A model generated the notes under the pieces. It was not told the DNA's origin, searched no databases, and saw only the letters and a list, made by a program, of their open reading frames with translations. Of a DNA stretch of 64,000 nt, positions 58,698-64,000 are shown piece by piece (position 1 is the stretch's first letter; each line of letters opens with the position of its first letter). The position numbers were made by a program, and so were the translations under genes. Location of the stretch: the IMG/VR virus record IMGVR_UViG_3300035182_000826, positions 1-64,000 of that record; one strand, 5' to 3'. Source of the DNA: a virus.

Positions 58698-59899
58698 GGT
58701 GTGTTTGGTGTGTTTGAGACGTCCATTCCATACTCTTGGGATGGTTTCTTAATTGCATCAGCCCTAGATGCTAATCCTGAGTTGTTATAAACGGTTTCAG
58801 ACGTACTGGTGGTTGAACTTGTGGTAGCTGATTCAACACTCACCGTTGATCCATCACTTGTAGTAACAACAGAACTTGTTGATGTGTATGCGCTGGCGGT
58901 TGAACTTGATGTTGACTCTGACACGTACTCGTTCGTGCTTGTTGACTCTCTGAATGCACTCACCATGTCTCCATTTCTGAATGACACCAAATCGAAACCG
59001 TTGAACTGAAGTGGAGAGAATGATTCAATCAAGTCAATGTTCACATCCATCACTGTTGGAAATGGAATGAACTCACCATCTGCATCCTTGATGCTAGTTG
59101 GAATCCAGTCAACATCTGTTGGCCATGTCCAGTTCAGGCCAGTGATGACGGTCGGTACTTCACCAACGATCCCTCGCCAGCCGCTGAACATCACGATTGG
59201 TGGTGGCGCTCCTAGCTTGTTCTGGAATTGCACGCGTTGCTTTTCTCCAAAGTAAGGCATCACCCAACCACGAAGTGTGTTCAGCATGATGAAGTTCCGC
59301 TTTGCTTCATCACTAGTTCTGCAGGTGAACTTAGCAGTGATCTGCCATCCCGTTGACTTTGTACCCTTGTACTTTTGAAATTCACCAGGCATTTGTGGTG
59401 GTGAAATTGCCTCGTACTCAGCGTTTCGACGTTCACCTACTTGTGGCATGTTATCGAACTCAACAACATCTTGTGTAAACGGGTCAACTGGAAAATTAAC
59501 ATTTGCAACGATTGCCGATGCAGCTCCATTTGACGCAGCTGAGGTGAGCTTCACCTTGTGACCGGTGAGATTAGTGACAGCATTTCCAGAAGACGCATTC
59601 ACAGCAGTTGCGCTGACTTGTGACACGCTGGCCGATGCAGATGCAACAGAGCTTCCAACTGAGGAGTACGTGTTGCTCAGTGTACCAAGGTCATACCCAG
59701 TTGAAATTGACTTGAATGATTCAGTAGCGCTTGACAGGCCAGTGAATGAATTCAAGTTTCCATACGATGACTGGATCTTTTCGAATGACTCGCTGAGTGC
59801 TGTAGACACGTCAGACGATGTGTTGTTCACCAAAGAATCTGAAACTGTGCCAGTTCCAAATGATGGAAGTGAGCCTGAAAGACTGCTCATTAAGCTCAT
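58694..59899 (-). CDS. Tail-tube initiator/baseplate-like protein with Ser-rich termini
   Basis: Core LGAPPPIVMFSGW...PTVIT.L.W.WP.DVDWI...P...V.I.L.E; first gene of the baseplate operon. Confidence 0.55.
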   Translation of the reverse strand: MSLMSSLSGSLPSFGTGTVSDSLVNNTSSDVSTALSESFEKIQSSYGNLNSFTGLSSATESFKSISTGYDLGTLSNTYSSVGSSVASASASVSQVSATAVNASSGNAVTNLTGHKVKLTSAASNGAASAIVANVNFPVDPFTQDVVEFDNMPQVGERRNAEYEAISPPQMPGEFQKYKGTKSTGWQITAKFTCRTSDEAKRNFIMLNTLRGWVMPYFGEKQRVQFQNKLGAPPPIVMFSGWRGIVGEVPTVITGLNWTWPTDVDWIPTSIKDADGEFIPFPTVMDVNIDLIESFSPLQFNGFDLVSFRNGDMVSAFRESTSTNEYVSESTSSSTASAYTSTSSVVTTSDGSTVSVESATTSSTTSTSETVYNNSGLASRADAIKKPSQEYGMDVSNTPNTP

Positions 59900-60501
59900 G
59901 ATGCTGGTCCTTTGATTTTACGGATGATCTTTGTGGCAATCTCTGGAGAAACGTGAACCAACTTTGACACTGCCGCTACGTTATCAGACTTTGCTGCATG
60001 TCTAACAAGTGATCCAGATACCAAGTGCACTGGAAAATCATCATCAAGAAGTTTCAGCATTTCATTTGCTGAGTCTTCGTTGAACTCTTCATTTCGATTG
60101 AGCTCGATGATTGTGTGATCAATCTTTGACCCGTCCTCTGCAGTGTTGTACTTGTCCAACAACTTCTTGTAAGCCTTGATCCGATCAGAGCCACCAGCGA
60201 TCACTGTTGGCGTTAGTCCTTCAGCTTTAACTTTTTTCACGGCGTCCATTACCGAGTTTGCGACAATGATCTTCATACCATCGGCACGTTTCGAGGCATG
60301 CATAATTGCCTTGCGCTCCTCAGGGCTCAATGGGTTTCTGGTGTGGTCTTCAGAGGTTTTCTTACCATTGATGATGGCACAGATGGGAACTACTTCCATA
60401 TCTGGATTCTTTCTAACGTACGCCTTGACCTTATCAAAGAGTGCGTAATGCCCAATTGTCGGTGGTTGAAATCTACCAAAGATGATTGCTACTTTTTTCA
60501 T
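59896..60501 (-). CDS. Cytidylyltransferase-like (HxGH) nucleotidyltransferase
   Basis: FGRFQPPTIGH...NPL...GSDR...SGSLVR. Start re-placed at MKKVAII (60501), with TAAATA at 60527-60532 (minus). Confidence 0.75.
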   Translation of the reverse strand: MKKVAIIFGRFQPPTIGHYALFDKVKAYVRKNPDMEVVPICAIINGKKTSEDHTRNPLSPEERKAIMHASKRADGMKIIVANSVMDAVKKVKAEGLTPTVIAGGSDRIKAYKKLLDKYNTAEDGSKIDHTIIELNRNEEFNEDSANEMLKLLDDDFPVHLVSGSLVRHAAKSDNVAAVSKLVHVSPEIATKIIRKIKGPAS

Positions 60502-60635
60502 TGCACTTTTCTTAAGGGTGACCTCATATTTAGCCAGCAGTGAAGTTCGTCGATTTGATCCTGAGAGCCCCAGTCTTGTGCTGCATAACCCAAATACAAT
60601 ACCTATTAGAGCCGTTTCTTCACCTAGGTAGTTCA

Positions 60636-61100
60636 ATGACGGCACCCAAAAAAGTTAAACCAGCAAAACGTGAGCGCTCAACATCAACAAAGGGGCATTA
60701 CGTTGACAACAAAGATCTTTTAGCAGCATTCCTTGAGGCAAGGGAAAAGGGCGTTCTTACTGATCGCCTTGCAAAGTACTTGATGCTCATTGCAGAGCGG
60801 TACTCATATCACCCTTGGTTCGCATCATTTTCATGGCGTGAAGACATGGTGGCGACAGCTGTGTTGAACCTCTGTTCGAATTGGCACAAGTTTGATCCGA
60901 CTAAGAGTGACAGTCCGAATCCGTTCTCATACTACAGCACTGCTGTTTACCGCAGTTTTCTCTCATATCTTGACACTGAGCGTGGTGAGCGAAAGGTCAA
61001 GGACCTGTTGCTGATTGCTGCTGGAGCAAATCCCTCATTCAATTTTGATGGTGGCATGTCGTCTGATGATTCGGCCTTTTCGAGTAGAAGTGACGAATAA
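60636..61100 (+). CDS. Late-transcription sigma factor (gp55-like)
   Basis: HYVDNKDLL...LIAE..S....F....WREDM......FDP.KS..PNPFSY.....RSF...E; sits before gp47/gp46 as in T4. Confidence 0.85.
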   Translation: MTAPKKVKPAKRERSTSTKGHYVDNKDLLAAFLEAREKGVLTDRLAKYLMLIAERYSYHPWFASFSWREDMVATAVLNLCSNWHKFDPTKSDSPNPFSYYSTAVYRSFLSYLDTERGERKVKDLLLIAAGANPSFNFDGGMSSDDSAFSSRSDE

Positions 61101-61177
61101 CCCAATCATGAAAAGTCGGGCTTGCCCTGATAGCTAAAATAGCATTAGGCCGTTCAACACCACTTGAAATACGGCCA

Positions 61178-62221
61178 ATGAAATTTGACATCAAACGTTT
61201 ACTTTGTTTCACTGACATCCACTTTGGCGCTAGGCTGAATTCAGAGCAGCATCTTCAAGACTGCTCTGAATTCATTGCTTGGTTCATTCGGAAAGCCAAA
61301 GACACAAAGGCAACCCATATTGCCTTTCTCGGCGACTGGTTCGAGAACCGATCAGCCATCAATGTCAGAACGCTTCAAGTTGCATCAGAGTGCGCCGATG
61401 CGCTGAACGCGCTTGGCCTACCAGTGTTTTTCATTGTTGGTAACCATGACCTATTCTTCAGACACAATAGGTCAGTGTTCAGCACTGCACCCTACAAGAG
61501 CCTAGAGAACTTTCACTTGATCAGTGATACCACTGAGCTCAGTGACACGGTGCTGGCGGCTCCATTCCTGTTCAAGCAAGAATACATTGATCAGGCAGAG
61601 CAGATCAACAAATACAAGTTCGTGCTTGGGCACTTTGAGTTCAAGAACTTCGTCGTCACTGGACAGACGAAGATGCTTGATCATGGGCCAGATGCTGATC
61701 TGTTCTTCGGCCCGAAATACATTCTCTCTGGTCACTTCCACAAGCGTCAGGTAAACAAGAACATCGTGTACATTGGGAACACATTCCCAACCAACTACGG
61801 TGATGTGTGGGACACGGAGCGCGGTTGCGCATTGCTTGACCTAGAGTCTGAGACCATTGAGTTCTTCGACTATGATGGGCCGACCTTCTACTCAATGCTG
61901 CTTTCAGACATGCTGATGAAGGCGCCAGTGTTCAAAAATGGTGGTCGTGTTCGATGCATTCTTGATGTTGATATGACCTACTCTGAGGTTCAGCTCTTGC
62001 GAGATGAGTTCACTAAGCAATTCAATCTTCGTGAGTTCTGCATTGAGGAAGACATCGAGACCAAAATGTCAACGCTGAACGATGGTATTGAATTGGCAAC
62101 GGAACTTGACACTTCCTCTTTAGATGCCACTGTTCAACAGTTGATTGCCGAGGGCGTTCAGCCATCACCTAATATCAGTCCAGTAGAGCTCATCGCGATT
62201 TACAAGGAATTGGACCAATGA
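61178..62221 (+). CDS. Recombination endonuclease, Mre11/SbcD-like (gp47)
   Basis: DIHFG, LGDWF, VGNHD, GHFE, SGHFH. Confidence 0.9.
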   Translation: MKFDIKRLLCFTDIHFGARLNSEQHLQDCSEFIAWFIRKAKDTKATHIAFLGDWFENRSAINVRTLQVASECADALNALGLPVFFIVGNHDLFFRHNRSVFSTAPYKSLENFHLISDTTELSDTVLAAPFLFKQEYIDQAEQINKYKFVLGHFEFKNFVVTGQTKMLDHGPDADLFFGPKYILSGHFHKRQVNKNIVYIGNTFPTNYGDVWDTERGCALLDLESETIEFFDYDGPTFYSMLLSDMLMKAPVFKNGGRVRCILDVDMTYSEVQLLRDEFTKQFNLREFCIEEDIETKMSTLNDGIELATELDTSSLDATVQQLIAEGVQPSPNISPVELIAIYKELDQ

Positions 62222-63957
62222 AGCAGTTCGATCTTCATTTCATCAGTCTTGTTCTTCAGAACTTCATGTCATTTGGGAATTCACCAATTGAGGTGAACTT
62301 GAGTGAGCCTGGTACCATTCTGGTTGAAGGCGTTAATCTTGACAAGGGCGGATCAAACGGATCTGGCAAGACAACAATTTTGAATGCAATTTGTTACGCG
62401 CTGTTCAACAAGCCGTTTGACAATATCAGTCTACAGCGGCTGATCAACAACACGAATGCTACCAAAAACACCAAGATGGAGGTCTCCCTGACCTTTATCA
62501 AATCAGGCATAGAGTACACGGTGACTCGTGTACGTGGTGAAACAAATAACATCAACATCACACGAGATGGAGAGGACATCACTCCTGGAAAGGGTGTGAC
62601 TGAATGTGATGCAATGATCCAAGACATCATTGGAATCTCATTCGAGCTGTTCGTGATCATGGTGATCTTCTCTGGGTCATCATCACCGTTCCTAGATCGG
62701 CCAATTGCGCAGCAGCGTAATCTGATCGAAGAGCTGTTCAATATCTCAATGTTGTCAGAGAGGGCAGTGAAGCTTAAGGAGCTGATCAGAGCGACTGAGA
62801 CAGACATTAAGGTCCAAGAAGCCATCATCAAGCAACAGCAGATCGCGAATGAGCTTCATGTGAAGCAGATCAAGGACGCTGAGAACCGAATCCTTACGTG
62901 GGAATCACAGCGCCAAGACAAGATCTTCCGTATGGAACACGATCTGAAACGCATCGGCGACATCGACTTTGTGGCTGAACAGGCTCTACACCAACAAAAG
63001 GCAGAACTCACTGCGGCACTGTCTAGTGCAAAGCAGCGGTATAAGACCGTGATGCAGGAGCATCATCGAGTCAGCACCGACTTGGACCGGCATTTGTTTG
63101 AGGGGGAAAAACTCAAGAACTCAATATGCCCGTACTGCGAACAGCACCTTGCCTCAGCCAAGGAAAAGCTGGCCATTACACTAGGTAAGATTGACCAGAT
63201 GGCAGTTCAGTTCGAGGGCCTTTCAACAAATGCTGAAGCGCTCAAGACTGAGGTGCAGCGTCTTGAAAGTGAACTGAACGAGGTGACCAGCAAGATCAAG
63301 CACCAAGATCTGATTTCACTGCTGTCAATCCGCGAGAACTCCACACTGACCCAAACAAAGCTTGACGAGTTACGTGTTGCAGTAAACCCGCACACCGAGG
63401 CGCTGCAAGCGCTCATGGAGCAGGAACAAGTAAAGGTTCAGACGGAGGAGTTTGACGCTCTGAAGCGCCGCCAGGAACACCAGCAATTCTTGCTAAAGCT
63501 CTTGACAAGTAAGGACTCATTCGTGCGTCGTCGGATTTTGAATTCATTGATTCCATATCTGAACCAGCGGTTGAACTTCTATGCAACAATTCTTGGTTTG
63601 CCGCACCGCGTCACCTTTAACCCAGACCTATCATGCACATTGAGTGAGTATGGTCGCGAGCTTGACTTTGGGAACTTATCAAATGGCGAGAAGAAGCGAG
63701 TGAACATCGCAATGGCACTTGCCTTCAGAAATGTCACACACAAGCTCCACATGTCCGTTAATCTGTTCTTTGTCGACGAGCTAGAGGGTGGTGCTCTTGA
63801 CACACCAGGCATTGATGGTATCATCAAGATTCTGAAGGATCTGGCAAGAGATGAAGACATGACTGTGTTCGTAATCAGTCATAGCCCACAAATCATTGGC
63901 CGTCTTGATCGAACAATGACAGTCACAAAGCAATTTGGGTTCAGCACCATCTCCTAA
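62218..63957 (+). CDS. Recombination ATPase, Rad50/SbcC-like (gp46)
   Basis: NFMSFG, Walker A NGSGKT, coiled coil with CPYC hook, LSNGEK, Walker B FVDE, ISH. Confidence 0.92.
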   Translation: MKQFDLHFISLVLQNFMSFGNSPIEVNLSEPGTILVEGVNLDKGGSNGSGKTTILNAICYALFNKPFDNISLQRLINNTNATKNTKMEVSLTFIKSGIEYTVTRVRGETNNINITRDGEDITPGKGVTECDAMIQDIIGISFELFVIMVIFSGSSSPFLDRPIAQQRNLIEELFNISMLSERAVKLKELIRATETDIKVQEAIIKQQQIANELHVKQIKDAENRILTWESQRQDKIFRMEHDLKRIGDIDFVAEQALHQQKAELTAALSSAKQRYKTVMQEHHRVSTDLDRHLFEGEKLKNSICPYCEQHLASAKEKLAITLGKIDQMAVQFEGLSTNAEALKTEVQRLESELNEVTSKIKHQDLISLLSIRENSTLTQTKLDELRVAVNPHTEALQALMEQEQVKVQTEEFDALKRRQEHQQFLLKLLTSKDSFVRRRILNSLIPYLNQRLNFYATILGLPHRVTFNPDLSCTLSEYGRELDFGNLSNGEKKRVNIAMALAFRNVTHKLHMSVNLFFVDELEGGALDTPGIDGIIKILKDLARDEDMTVFVISHSPQIIGRLDRTMTVTKQFGFSTIS

Positions 63958-63980
63958 ATAGAGAAAACAAGGAGAGATTG

Positions 63981-64000
63981 ATGAAGTTATCAGATTTTGG
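63981..64000 (+). CDS. Start of a late gene (truncated by the window)
   Basis: TAAATA at 63955, AAGGAG RBS, ATG giving MKLSDF. Confidence 0.55.

Noticed and set aside
60501-60645. Overlapping N-terminal extensions of the 59896-60645 and 60540-61100 ORFs
   Set aside because: Recognisable sequence begins at 60501 (-) and 60636 (+); the gap is better read as a divergent promoter region.
204-63860. Numerous short antisense or alternate-frame ORFs nested in long genes
   Set aside because: They are shadows of the coding strand's codon bias, with no RBS or recognisable motifs.

Overview
64 kb of a large T4-related (jumbo-type) contractile-tailed phage genome. A spanin pair indicates a Gram-negative host. 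The window holds: (i) a tail-fibre module and an RNA ligase (1-8.5 kb); (ii) a replication block with a DEDDh exonuclease, DsbA-like protein, family B DNA polymerase, probable sliding clamp, RNase H/FEN, BtpA-like protein and an SLT muramidase (10-22.5 kb); (iii) a ~1.9 kb non-coding hierarchical repeat array (22.6-24.5 kb); (iv) a + strand virion block with giant baseplate-type proteins, fibres, spanins, an M23-GH108 fusion and PAAR (24.6-50.1 kb); (v) a - strand baseplate block with gp53-, hub-, gp5-, gp25- and gp6-like genes (50.7-60.5 kb); and (vi) gp55-gp47-gp46. About a dozen TAAATA late-promoter motifs precede late-type genes. The most unusual signal is a family of 98-bp palindromic modules paired with a 32-bp direct repeat, present at three loci (8.6, 22.6-24.5 and 50.1-50.5 kb). 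Their internal segments occur in both orientations between copies, the outlying copies lie next to gene debris, and oppositely oriented copies bracket a ~25.7 kb structural block that looks inverted relative to the T4-like gp6-then-large-wedge order. All protein assignments come from motif recognition by eye; no database search was run.
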